A stretch of 64,000 bases of DNA from Acidimicrobiaceae bacterium (GTDB taxonomy: Bacteria > Actinomycetota > Acidimicrobiia > Acidimicrobiales > RAAP-2): NCBI GenBank assembly GCA_013044405.1, contig JABEUR010000067.1:4440-68439 (forward strand). Reading direction: 5' to 3'. The translations under genes and the position numbers were made by a program. Of the stretch, positions 47,315-56,599 are shown one piece after another (position 1 is the first letter of the stretch; each line of letters starts with the position of its first letter). The notes beneath the pieces were generated by a model that worked only from the letters and a program-made list of their open reading frames with translations, was not told the DNA's origin and ran no database searches.

Positions 47315-48240
47315 GAGCTGGCGATCGTGCGGTGTAGGCGGACGTACGTTGGTGTGAAACCGTAGTGTCGCCAGTGACTTGAAGCTCTACGGTTCGTAAC
47401 TCGCCAATTGGTTTCGCAGAAATCGAATCCTTGCGTTCGCGCGTCGCTGAGTGCGCGGTCAACCATGGCCGTGGCGATTCCGCGTTCGCGGTGCGCGGTG
47501 GCGACCGTCACCGCGCTCAGGTGCAGGGTGCGCGGGAACGAGCCGCGAATATCGGGGAGGGGGAACGTCAGGCATTGGGCGACGCCTTCATGAGCCCACT
47601 CAACGATGTAGTGGTGCACCTCGGGGTCCTCGAGTGTATCGAGGAGATCGGCACGTCGCGACGAGCGATTGGCGCCCATCGAAAAACTAGGCCCGAGTTT
47701 TTGGAACTCGTCGAGCTGGTGGTCCAGTTCGACCGCGAGGTCGATCTCATGGGCACCGCCGATTCGAATCGAATAGCCGTCACGAAGCTCATGGGAGAAG
47801 TCCCGGTCCAGCGCGATCACCCCACGTTGGTGCATGCGTGCGAATCCCAACTCCAGCCAAGGTTGTGTCGACGACGGCTCGTCGAGAGTCCACACGTAGT
47901 GATCGCGAGCGCCCTCACTGATCCAGTGCGAGCCGGCCTGTGCGTAGAGCTCGGCGAGAATGTCGATGTCGTCGAAGGAGCACCCGTCGGGACCGATCCA
48001 GATCCCGCGACCGTAGTCATCGTTCTCGAGCAGGGCTCCATAGAGATGTCCGACGATCTGGTCATCGTCGACGGCCACCCAACTGGCGTCGCGAGTCGCG
48101 TGCAGCGCTTCGGACAACTGCGTGCTCGAGATGAGCGGATTCACGTAGTGATTGATCGTCGCCTCACGACTCAGTTTGGCGACGACTCGTGCGACGACGC
48201 CTTGGACGTCGTGCCTTTGGAGACGCCGGGCGCTGCGCAC
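47311..48240 (-). CDS. Tandem-domain GNAT acetyltransferase
   Basis: C-terminal V...HRERGIA motif A; N.RA...W..YGF. Confidence 0.75.
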   Translation of the reverse strand: MRSARRLQRHDVQGVVARVVAKLSREATINHYVNPLISSTQLSEALHATRDASWVAVDDDQIVGHLYGALLENDDYGRGIWIGPDGCSFDDIDILAELYAQAGSHWISEGARDHYVWTLDEPSSTQPWLELGFARMHQRGVIALDRDFSHELRDGYSIRIGGAHEIDLAVELDHQLDEFQKLGPSFSMGANRSSRRADLLDTLEDPEVHHYIVEWAHEGVAQCLTFPLPDIRGSFPRTLHLSAVTVATAHRERGIATAMVDRALSDARTQGFDFCETNWRVTNRRASSHWRHYGFTPTYVRLHRTIASS

Positions 48241-48278
48241 GCATCGATCGTAGTGCGATGGTGTGTCAAAGTTACGGG

Positions 48279-48938
48279 GTGAGTTTGCGTGCGACCCTCT
48301 TCGACATGGACGGGCTCTTGATCGACTCCGAAATCCTCTGGCATCGCGCCGAAGTGGAGATATTCGGCTCCCTCGGTGTCCCCATTGCCCGCAGCGGCGA
48401 TCGCTCGACCAAGGGAATGTACGTCAACCAGGTGGTCACCTACTGGTTCGAGCGCTACCCGTGGGCCGGTCCGTCCCGAGATGATGTGGTGGAACTGCTC
48501 TTGTCACGCGTTGGCGAGTTGGTTGAGACCAATGGGCGCCTCCTGCCCGGTGCCCTACGCGCGATTGACTTGACCAGTGAGCGCGGACCGGTGGCTCTGG
48601 CTAGTTCCACACCGCTCAACCTCATCAAGCGGTGCCTTCGGGCCTTTGACCTCGAGTCACGATTCACCTCGGTCCATTCGGCCGAATTCGAACCCTATGG
48701 AAAGCCTCATCCCGGTGTCTTTCTCAGCGCCGCGGCCTCGCTCGGCATCGAGCCCGATCGGTGTCTCGTTTTCGAAGATTCCGCTGCTGGAGTGCTCGCT
48801 GGCAAAGCCGCCAGCATGACGGTCGTCGCGGTGCCGACACCCGAAGACCGAACTCAAGCGGCCATGGCCCTGGCTGACCTGCTTCTGGCTTCACTCGAGG
48901 ATCTGACGCCCGATTGGCTTGATTCGCGCTTCGCCTAG
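48279..48938 (+). CDS. HAD phosphatase (HxpB/YniC-like)
   Basis: FDMDGLLIDSE.LW, ALASS, GKPHP, FEDS..G. Confidence 0.88.
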   Translation: MSLRATLFDMDGLLIDSEILWHRAEVEIFGSLGVPIARSGDRSTKGMYVNQVVTYWFERYPWAGPSRDDVVELLLSRVGELVETNGRLLPGALRAIDLTSERGPVALASSTPLNLIKRCLRAFDLESRFTSVHSAEFEPYGKPHPGVFLSAAASLGIEPDRCLVFEDSAAGVLAGKAASMTVVAVPTPEDRTQAAMALADLLLASLEDLTPDWLDSRFA

Positions 48939-49408
48939 AGGTACTTGGCGAAGCGGTACGCGTTGGGATGAGAGTAGGCGCCGGGTGGGAAATTCTCGAC
49001 CTCGCCCCAGCCCGAGCCTCGGTACAGGGCGAGGGCTTCGGGTTGGGCGTATCCGGTCTCGAGGTAGAGCTGAACGAAGCCCATCTCGCGCGACCTCGAC
49101 TCGATGGCGTTCATCAACGTGGTTGCGGTACCGCTTCGGCGTAGGTCCGGGCGAACCCATAGCCGTTTCACCTCGCCCACCGATGAAGGCGTCGAGCCGA
49201 TTGAGCGCACGCCCACACCGCCGGCCAGATCACCGCCGACTCGTGCGACGAGGAAGGTTCCTCGAGGAGACCTGAGCTCATCGACATTGAAGTGCGACAA
49301 GTCATCAGCGGTGCCGTAGCGCCGATTCAGCTCGTCGACAGCAGCGTGCAACACGCTGAGTGCCCCGCTGGCTTCGATGGATTCTTCGACAATGCTGAGT
49401 CCGTCCAC
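48935..49408 (-). CDS. GNAT acetyltransferase
   Basis: EVKRLWV.P..RRSG.A, LETG..QPEA..LY. Confidence 0.88.
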   Translation of the reverse strand: MDGLSIVEESIEASGALSVLHAAVDELNRRYGTADDLSHFNVDELRSPRGTFLVARVGGDLAGGVGVRSIGSTPSSVGEVKRLWVRPDLRRSGTATTLMNAIESRSREMGFVQLYLETGYAQPEALALYRGSGWGEVENFPPGAYSHPNAYRFAKYL

Positions 49409-49482
49409 GACTCCACAGTATTGGGGCATCGCGAGCATCCTGGCCTGTTCACTACGATTGGGTGAGCCATTGAAGGAGACCA

Positions 49483-52400
49483 GTGTTCCGCCCCGTCAGC
49501 GCCGACCTAGATTTCGTGGCGATCGAGCAAGCCGAGCTCGCTCGCTGGAAGAAGAACGACGTCTTCGCTCGTTCCATGCAGCACCGCGAGGGCGCCGAAC
49601 CCTGGGTGTTCTACGAGGGGCCGCCGACGGCCAACGGTAAGCCGGGACTCCATCACGTCTGGGCGAGAGCCTATAAGGACCTCTTCTGTCGATACCAGAC
49701 CATGCAAGGTCGCTACGTTTCTCGTCGGGCTGGATGGGATACCCACGGTCTGCCGGTTGAGGTTCAGGTGGAGAAACAGCTGGGCATCTCGGGCAAGAAG
49801 GCCATTGAAGAGCAGGTGGGTATCGAGGAGTTCACCCGACTGTGTCGAGAGTCTGTCTTGACCTACGTGGGCGAGTTCGAGCGGCTGACCGAGAGAATCG
49901 GTTACTGGACCGACATGGAACACGCGTACTACACGTTTCATCCTTCCTACGTTGAATCGGTTTGGTGGCAGCTCCAGCAACTCTTCAACCGCGGACTGCT
50001 CTACGAGGACCTCAAGGTCGTCCCGTACTGTCCGCGTTGTGGGACCGCACTCTCCTCGCACGAGTTGGGCCAGCCCGAGGTCTACACCGACGAACTCGAT
50101 GAGAGTTGCTACGTGCGCGTGCGCATCAGCGATGATGCGCAGCGCGACGGGTTGTTCGGTGCGATGTACCTCGCCGTATGGACGACGACCCCATGGACGC
50201 TTCCGTCCAACGTGGCGATTGCGGTCAACCCTGAGGTCACTTACGCCGTGGCCAATGGCGTCATCGTCGCCCAAGAACTGGTCGAGTCGGTTTTGGGACC
50301 CGACGCAGTGGTCTCGGGGACCCTGGCTGGACGAATGCTCGACGGCCTTCATTATGAGCGTCCTTTCGATGACGTCGAGTTGCCGAGTGGCGTCGACGCG
50401 TGTTACGTCGTGCTCGCTGACTACGTCACGACCGACGAAGGTACCGGCCTCGTCCACCAGGCTCCGGCCTTCGGGGAAATCGACCGACAGATTGCCAAAG
50501 AACACGGTTTGCCGACCGTGAACCCAGTGGGCCCCGATGGCTGCTTCACTTCGGCGATTGCCTGGCTCGAGGGAGCAGGGGTCCGCGCGGCGAACCACGT
50601 CATCAACGATGAGCTGCAACGGCGCGCAAGTCTCATCAGGAGAATGGACTACGTACACTCGTTACCTCACTGCTGGCGATGCGGAACTGTCTTGATCTAC
50701 TGGGGCAAGCCAAGCTGGTACGTCGCCACGTCGAAGTTCAAGGACACCATGATCGCTGAGAACCAGAGCATCGACTGGCATCCGGGGCACATTCGTGACG
50801 GACGATTCGGAGAGTGGCTGAAGAACAACGTCGACTGGGCGCTCTCGCGTGATCGCTTTTGGGGAACGCCACTGCCGATCTGGCGCTGCGGCGAGGACCA
50901 CTTCACGTGCGTGGGTTCGCGCGCCGAGTTGTCCGAACTCACGGGCCGAGATCTCAGTGACCTCGATCCACACCGTCCAGCGATCGACGAGGTGGTCGTG
51001 CCCTGTCGCACTTGCGGGGCCGAGGCACGCCGGGTCGAGCCCGTCATCGATGCCTGGTTCGATTCGGGCGCGATGCCGGCTGCCCAAGTCGGATATCCCC
51101 ACGTTCAGGGCAGCGACCGGGCAATGCAGTTCCCCGCCCAGCTGGTAGTCGAGGCGATCGACCAGACCCGAGGTTGGTTCTACTCCCTGCTCGCTGTCAA
51201 CACACTGGTCTTTGGTGAGAAACCCTATGAACACGTGTTGTGCCTTGGCCACATCGTGGACGAGAACGGCAAGAAGATGAGCAAGTCACTCGGTAACGTC
51301 ATCGACCCGTGGACCGTGCTCGAGACCCGCGGAGCCGATCCACTGCGCTGGTGGATGTACTCCCAAGGTTCTCCGTGGACGTCGACTCGCGCGAGCCTCA
51401 ACGCGATCGACGCGTCCCTTCGCGAGACCCTGGCGACGCTGTGGAACACGTTCAGCTTTTTCACGACGTACGCCTCGTTGAACAACTTCGACCCCGCTGA
51501 CCCTGAGATACCCGAGGTGGCACACCGACCCGCCATCGACCGTTGGATACTGTCGCGCCTTGCAGGGGTGACCGAGGCCGTCACTGCAGCCCTCGATGGT
51601 TACGAGCCGCTCGGTGGGACCGATGCCATGGCCTCGCTGATCGACGACCTCTCCAATTGGTACGTGAGGCGCTGTCGACGTCGTTTCTGGCGCACCGATC
51701 CCAAAGTTCCGCGTTCGGATTCGCTGGCCGCCCAAGCGACCCTGCTCGAAGTCCTCCAGCGCGTGACACTGTTGCTGGCGCCGTTCTGCCCCTTCCTCGC
51801 CGAGAGGCTCTTTAGCGAACTGTTCGACGTCGAGCAGACCGAATCGGTCCACTTCGCGAACTGGCCGTCGGGTGAAGCGGCGCTTCGTGACGGCGACCTC
51901 GAAGGTTCGATGGAGGTAGCGCGACGTCTGACATCACTGGGGCGAGCGGCACGGGCCGAAGCCGGGGTCAAGGTTCGCCAACCCCTCGCTCGCGCCCTCG
52001 TCTTTCTCGCTCCCGGTTCGGTGATGCCGCCCGAAGGGGTGGTGGAGGACGAACTCAATGTCGACGTGTTGGAGTATGGCTCCGATCTGGCCCAGGTTTT
52101 GAGTTTCGAGCTGGTTCCCAATTTTCGAAACGTGGGACCCCGACTCGGCGAAGCGGTGAAGGAGCTCAAGCCGGCGCTGATGCGGATGGACTCGGTCGCC
52201 GCTGCGGCCGCTTTGGAGTCGGGGGGCGTGATCACCGTCACCCTGTCGACCGGCGATTTCGATCTCACCGGCGACGACATCGAACTTCGCGTCAAGGGAC
52301 AAGGCGGCTTCGCCGTTTCACGAGACGGCGGCGAGGTCATCGCCCTCGACCTGGCCCTCGATGACCAACTGCTTCGTCGCGGGTACTTACGTGACGTCGT

Positions 52401-52617
52401 TCGCCAAGTCCAGGACCTACGCAAGAACTCCGGATTCGACGTGTCGGACCGAGTGATCCTGCACGTCGTGGGCGTCGAGGATCTCCACGACGGCTTCGCC
52501 ACCCTGGCCAGCGAAGTGCTCGCCAGTGAGATCATCATCGGCGAGGGGACCGGTGAGGGTACGCCACTGGAACTCGACGACGCTCGCACGGCTCGCGCGT
52601 GGGTGCAAAGGGCCTAG
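49483..52617 (+). CDS. ileS: Isoleucyl-tRNA synthetase, type 2
   Basis: FYEGPPTANG, GWDTHGLPVE, WTTTPWTLP, DWALSR.R.WGTP, DQTRGWFY, KMSKS. Confidence 0.96.
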   Translation: MFRPVSADLDFVAIEQAELARWKKNDVFARSMQHREGAEPWVFYEGPPTANGKPGLHHVWARAYKDLFCRYQTMQGRYVSRRAGWDTHGLPVEVQVEKQLGISGKKAIEEQVGIEEFTRLCRESVLTYVGEFERLTERIGYWTDMEHAYYTFHPSYVESVWWQLQQLFNRGLLYEDLKVVPYCPRCGTALSSHELGQPEVYTDELDESCYVRVRISDDAQRDGLFGAMYLAVWTTTPWTLPSNVAIAVNPEVTYAVANGVIVAQELVESVLGPDAVVSGTLAGRMLDGLHYERPFDDVELPSGVDACYVVLADYVTTDEGTGLVHQAPAFGEIDRQIAKEHGLPTVNPVGPDGCFTSAIAWLEGAGVRAANHVINDELQRRASLIRRMDYVHSLPHCWRCGTVLIYWGKPSWYVATSKFKDTMIAENQSIDWHPGHIRDGRFGEWLKNNVDWALSRDRFWGTPLPIWRCGEDHFTCVGSRAELSELTGRDLSDLDPHRPAIDEVVVPCRTCGAEARRVEPVIDAWFDSGAMPAAQVGYPHVQGSDRAMQFPAQLVVEAIDQTRGWFYSLLAVNTLVFGEKPYEHVLCLGHIVDENGKKMSKSLGNVIDPWTVLETRGADPLRWWMYSQGSPWTSTRASLNAIDASLRETLATLWNTFSFFTTYASLNNFDPADPEIPEVAHRPAIDRWILSRLAGVTEAVTAALDGYEPLGGTDAMASLIDDLSNWYVRRCRRRFWRTDPKVPRSDSLAAQATLLEVLQRVTLLLAPFCPFLAERLFSELFDVEQTESVHFANWPSGEAALRDGDLEGSMEVARRLTSLGRAARAEAGVKVRQPLARALVFLAPGSVMPPEGVVEDELNVDVLEYGSDLAQVLSFELVPNFRNVGPRLGEAVKELKPALMRMDSVAAAAALESGGVITVTLSTGDFDLTGDDIELRVKGQGGFAVSRDGGEVIALDLALDDQLLRRGYLRDVVRQVQDLRKNSGFDVSDRVILHVVGVEDLHDGFATLASEVLASEIIIGEGTGEGTPLELDDARTARAWVQRA

Positions 52618-53072
52618 CGCGGCTCGTTCAACTTCTTCAAGAGTTCGGTGAGCGTGGCGCGTTCGGGCCCGCTCAGTCGCGAACCGAGCAGACCTTCCAA
52701 ATAGTCCAGGTGCACGTCGAGCGCTTCGTCGAGTCGGCGATTGCCTTCGCTCGTGATCGCTACGTAGACCGCGCGCCGGTCCGACGGACAACTCTCTCGC
52801 GCCACCAGATTCGCCTCTTCGAGGCGGTCGATCAAGCGGGTGGTACCACCGGTCGAGTGGACGATGGCGTCGGCAATGCGGTGCATCTTCAGTCGACCGT
52901 CCTGGGACTTGCGCAACTGCAAGAGGACCTCGAACCAGGGGAGCGGGAGCTCGCAGCGTGACTCGAGTACCAGGGCGAGGCTCCTCGACAGACGAGCGTT
53001 CGTCTCGAGTAGCAGCGCGAAGAGCTCCACCTTCTCGTCACCCGAGGGGCAGGCGCTGGTGCTCATCGACAT
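52614..53072 (-). CDS. MarR family regulator
   Basis: WFEVLL.L, STGGTTRL.DRLE, DRR..Y..IT..G. Confidence 0.9.
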   Translation of the reverse strand: MSMSTSACPSGDEKVELFALLLETNARLSRSLALVLESRCELPLPWFEVLLQLRKSQDGRLKMHRIADAIVHSTGGTTRLIDRLEEANLVARESCPSDRRAVYVAITSEGNRRLDEALDVHLDYLEGLLGSRLSGPERATLTELLKKLNEPR

Positions 53073-53089
53073 GGCTCAATGGTAGCACA

Positions 53090-53141
53090 TGGTTGCCTTT
53101 ACAATTACTGTTTGACAAGTAGTTGCCTTTGCAACTATTAT
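53090..53141 (+). promoter_or_regulatory. Two MarR-type operators overlapping the yceI promoter
   Basis: TGGTTGCCTTTACAATTA (53090) and palindrome TAGTTGC-CTTT-GCAACTA (53120); -35 TTGACA 53112, -10 TATTAT 53136. Confidence 0.75.
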
Positions 53142-53180
53142 GTGGAGAACACAAAACGTGTCCAAACCAAGGAGAAAATA

Positions 53181-53726
53181 ATGAGCAACCTTCCCGCTCC
53201 CGGCGTCTACAACGTCGACAACGTCCACTCGACCGTGAGCTTCATCGCACGTCACCTCGTCGCCTCGAAGGTACGCGGTAACTTCACCGATTTCTCGGGC
53301 GTCATCACGATCGGCGACACTCCAGAGACCTCGTCGCTTGACGCCACGGTCCAGGCCGCGAGCATCACGACCAATAACGAGATGCGCGATGGGCACCTCA
53401 AGAGCGCTGACTTCCTCGACCTTGAGAATCACCCCACCATCACCCTCAAGTCCACCAAGATCTCGGCGAAGAGCGGCGACGACTATGTACTGGTCGGCGA
53501 TCTCACCTTGCGCGGCGTTACCAAGTCGGTCACCTTCGACTTGGAGTTCCTCGGAGCGGGACCCGGTATGGCTCCGGGAGTCACCGTCGCTGGATTTGAG
53601 GCACGAGCAGACATCGATCGGCGCGACTTCAACGTGAACTTCGAAGGTGCCCTCGAGAACGGCAGTCTGGTTGTCGGCAACAAAGTCACCCTCGAGCTGA
53701 CTATCGAGGCCGCGAAGCAGGACTAG
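53181..53726 (+). CDS. YceI family polyisoprenoid-binding protein
   Basis: D..HS.V.F..RHL..SKVRG.F, RDGHLKS.DF, GDLT.RGVT, IDRRDF; AAGGAG RBS. Confidence 0.92.
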   Translation: MSNLPAPGVYNVDNVHSTVSFIARHLVASKVRGNFTDFSGVITIGDTPETSSLDATVQAASITTNNEMRDGHLKSADFLDLENHPTITLKSTKISAKSGDDYVLVGDLTLRGVTKSVTFDLEFLGAGPGMAPGVTVAGFEARADIDRRDFNVNFEGALENGSLVVGNKVTLELTIEAAKQD

Positions 53727-53740
53727 GGCCCTCGGCCAAT

Positions 53741-53781
53741 GAACGAAGCGCCGGGGGCTGGTCGCCTTCGGCGCTTCGTTC
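53741..53781 (+). terminator. Terminator-like hairpin
   Basis: GAACGAAGCGCCG / CGGCGCTTCGTTC. Confidence 0.7.
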
Positions 53782-53795
53782 GTTACGATGGGGTG

Positions 53796-53918
53796 ATGGT
53801 GGACAACCCCAAGGGCAAAGCAGTGAAGTCGGGCGTCGGCGTCATCGGGGCGATTGCCACGATCATCTCGGTCTGGTGGTTCGCACTTCGTCCTCGACGC
53901 AAGCGAGACGGCCAGTAG
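53796..53918 (+). CDS. 40-aa single-TM microprotein
   Basis: Hand translation MVDNPKGKAVKSGVGVIGAIATIISVWWFALRPRRKRDGQ; TACGAT 6 nt upstream of ATG. Confidence 0.6.
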   Translation: MVDNPKGKAVKSGVGVIGAIATIISVWWFALRPRRKRDGQ

Positions 53919-53979
53919 CATTCGCGCTGGCCGTTTTGAAGTTCGCGTGACGAGTTCAATCGGGCGTTAGCGTTGTTCA

Positions 53980-55230
53980 ATGGCGTCAGCCTCGTTCGCT
54001 CCACTGCGTCATCGCAGCTTCACGTTGTCCTTGGTCTCTTCGCTGGTGTCATCGACCGGGACGTGGATGCAGACCGTCGCGTTGGGAGTCTTTCTCACCC
54101 AGACCACGCATAATCCCCTTTGGCTCGGTCTCATCACGGTGTGCGCGTGGACACCGGCACTGATCGGCTCGCCACTGGGTGGGGTGATCTCGGATCGCTG
54201 GAACCGACAACGCTGGATCCAGTTCAACAACCTGGTGATGGCTGCGACCGCCAGCACGCTCGCAGTAGCGCAACTCATGCACCATCTGACCCCGTCCCTG
54301 GCCTGTTACCTCGCCATCGTCGAAGGACTCAGCAGTTCGGCGTCGTGGGCAGCATGGCAGTCGCTCCTGCCTGATCTGGTGGAGCGAGACGAGGTGCTCG
54401 CCGCAGTGTCGCTGTCGTCGGCCCAGTTCAATCTCGGTCGGATCATCGGTCCGATGCTCGCGGGCATCGCTCTGGCGCTCGGATCGCCCGGGCTGTGCTT
54501 CGCACTCAATGCGTCGTCGTTCGTCTTCGTCGTCATCATGTTCATGTTCGTGCGCACCACCCCGCGCTCAACGCCGAAAACGCCGATCAGGGTGTGGTCC
54601 GAGACCGTCGTCGGAGCGCGGGTGGCCTGGTCGGTGAAGGGGTGTCGTTTTCCCATCGCCGCCGTGGGCACCGTGGCCTTGATTGCGAGTCCGTTCATCG
54701 CGCTCGTTCCCGCGATGGCCATTCAAACCCTGCACGCCGGCAAGGTCGGCACCTCGTGGTTGGTCGGCGCGCAGGGCGTGGGTGCGGTGATCGGTGCGCT
54801 GACCCTTCCCGCGTTGGCCCGGCGCACCTCGCGGCTCCTGGTGCTCCAGGGCTCACTGGTGGGTGTAGCAATCTCGTTATGCGCCTACGGGCTCGCGCCG
54901 AACCTGGCGGCGGCGGTGGTGGCTCTGCTCGTCCTTGGTGGCGCCTACGTCGGGAGTCTGACTGGACTGAATGCCGCGGTGCAACTCCACGCCCCGCGTC
55001 GTGAGCGCTCGAGGATCCTTTCGCTCTATACCTTGTCTCTGTCGTTGTTCTATCCGTTGGGCGCTCTCGTGCAGGCCGCGCTCGCGCGGTCCTGGGGAGT
55101 TCGATCGGTGACTGAAGGCGCCGCGGCCGCGCTGGTGGTCGTCTTGGTGACGGTGAGTCTCGTGGGACCCGGGTTCTGGAGTGAAATCGGCTCGACGCCA
55201 GATCGACCTTCCGTTTTGCTGGCAGAATGA
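53980..55230 (+). CDS. MFS transporter (H+ antiporter/EntS-like)
   Basis: VS.TGTWMQ.VA, GGVISDRWNR, FNLGRIIGP. Confidence 0.88.
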   Translation: MASASFAPLRHRSFTLSLVSSLVSSTGTWMQTVALGVFLTQTTHNPLWLGLITVCAWTPALIGSPLGGVISDRWNRQRWIQFNNLVMAATASTLAVAQLMHHLTPSLACYLAIVEGLSSSASWAAWQSLLPDLVERDEVLAAVSLSSAQFNLGRIIGPMLAGIALALGSPGLCFALNASSFVFVVIMFMFVRTTPRSTPKTPIRVWSETVVGARVAWSVKGCRFPIAAVGTVALIASPFIALVPAMAIQTLHAGKVGTSWLVGAQGVGAVIGALTLPALARRTSRLLVLQGSLVGVAISLCAYGLAPNLAAAVVALLVLGGAYVGSLTGLNAAVQLHAPRRERSRILSLYTLSLSLFYPLGALVQAALARSWGVRSVTEGAAAALVVVLVTVSLVGPGFWSEIGSTPDRPSVLLAE

Positions 55231-55234
55231 AGGC

Positions 55235-56599
55235 ATGTCATTTACCGCCACAAATCCCGCCACTGAAGAAGTAATCTCCGAGTTCCCCGGCCACACGCCC
55301 GAGCAGGTGGACCAAGCTCTCGAGAGCGCCGCGAAAGGCTTCCAACGCTGGAAGCGTGTGCCCATTGCTGAACGCGCTCAGCTGATGCTGCGCGCCGCTG
55401 AACTACTCGAGAGTGAGATTCCCGTCGTTGCACACCTGATGACCTCCGAAATGGGTAAGACGTTCGCCGCCGCCAAGGGTGAGGCCTCGAAGTGCGCCTT
55501 GAACATGCGCTACTACGCAGAGCATGCCGAATCCATCCTCGCTCCTGAGTCGATCAAGACCTCTGCGGTGCGCAGTGGTGTTCGCTACGACCCCATCGGG
55601 GCGATCTTGGCGATCATGCCCTGGAACTTCCCGTTATGGCAGGTCATTCGAATGGCTGCTCCGACACTGATGGCGGGCAACGTCGTCGTGCTCAAGCACG
55701 CCTCGAACGTTCCCGGTTGTGCGAAATACATCGAAGACCTCTTCGCTCGTGCCGGCTTCGGTGAAGGCGCTTCCACCACGTTGTTCGTTGGCCACAGCCA
55801 GATCGCCTCGATCATCGCGGACCGCAGAATCGCCGCGGTGACCCTCACGGGCTCTGAGGCGGCGGGTCGATCGGTCGCCTCTCTCGCCGGTCAGCACCTG
55901 AAGAAGGTCGTCCTAGAACTCGGAGGATCGGACCCGTTCATCGTCGCCAGTTCGGCGAACCTCGACGTCACCGTACCGCTGGCGGTCACGGCCCGGGTCC
56001 AGAACAATGGCCAGGCCTGCATTGCTTCGAAGCGCTTCATCGTCGTGGCGGACCGGGCCGAAGAGTTCAAGGAGCGTTTTGCGGCCGCGATGTCCGAGGT
56101 GCCAATGGGTGACCCGATGGATGAAGGGACCGTGCTCGGACCGGTGGTCAGCAGGGCCCAGCTCGACGAGCTGACCCAACAGGTCGCCTCTTCGCTAGCT
56201 GCTGGCGCGATTGCACTCACGGGTGGCGCTCCGGTCGAAGGCAAGGGCTTCTACTACCCGGCCACCGTGCTCACCAACGTCCCGGCCGATTCGAGGGCGG
56301 GTTGTGAGGAACTGTTCGGACCGGTTGCGGTAGTTCACGTCGTGGACGACCTCCAAGCCGCGATCGAACTCGCCAACGACACCCCCTGGGGTCTGGGCGG
56401 CTCGATCCACGCCACCGATCAAGGTGAGATCGACGCAGCGATCGCCGGACTCGACGTCGGGATGGTCTTTGCGAACTCGATCGTCGTCTCAATGCCGGAA
56501 CTGCCCTTTGGGGGTACGAAGGAGTCGGGGGTCGGACGTGAACTCTCGGTCTACGGTGTTCGCGAGTTCACAAACATCAAATCGTTCTACGTCGTTTGA
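55235..56599 (+). CDS. gabD: Succinate-semialdehyde dehydrogenase (Sad/GabD1 type)
   Basis: MPWNFPLWQ, KHASNVP, TLTGSE.AG, LELGGSDPF, NNGQACIA.KR. Confidence 0.85.
   Translation: MSFTATNPATEEVISEFPGHTPEQVDQALESAAKGFQRWKRVPIAERAQLMLRAAELLESEIPVVAHLMTSEMGKTFAAAKGEASKCALNMRYYAEHAESILAPESIKTSAVRSGVRYDPIGAILAIMPWNFPLWQVIRMAAPTLMAGNVVVLKHASNVPGCAKYIEDLFARAGFGEGASTTLFVGHSQIASIIADRRIAAVTLTGSEAAGRSVASLAGQHLKKVVLELGGSDPFIVASSANLDVTVPLAVTARVQNNGQACIASKRFIVVADRAEEFKERFAAAMSEVPMGDPMDEGTVLGPVVSRAQLDELTQQVASSLAAGAIALTGGAPVEGKGFYYPATVLTNVPADSRAGCEELFGPVAVVHVVDDLQAAIELANDTPWGLGGSIHATDQGEIDAAIAGLDVGMVFANSIVVSMPELPFGGTKESGVGRELSVYGVREFTNIKSFYVV

Noticed and set aside
48279-48938. HAD protein as the missing histidinol phosphatase
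   Set aside because: DMDG/HxpB-type subfamily rather than HisB-N/GmhB; unlinked to the his locus
49507-52589. 383-aa and 329-aa minus-strand ORFs
   Set aside because: Antisense shadows of ileS
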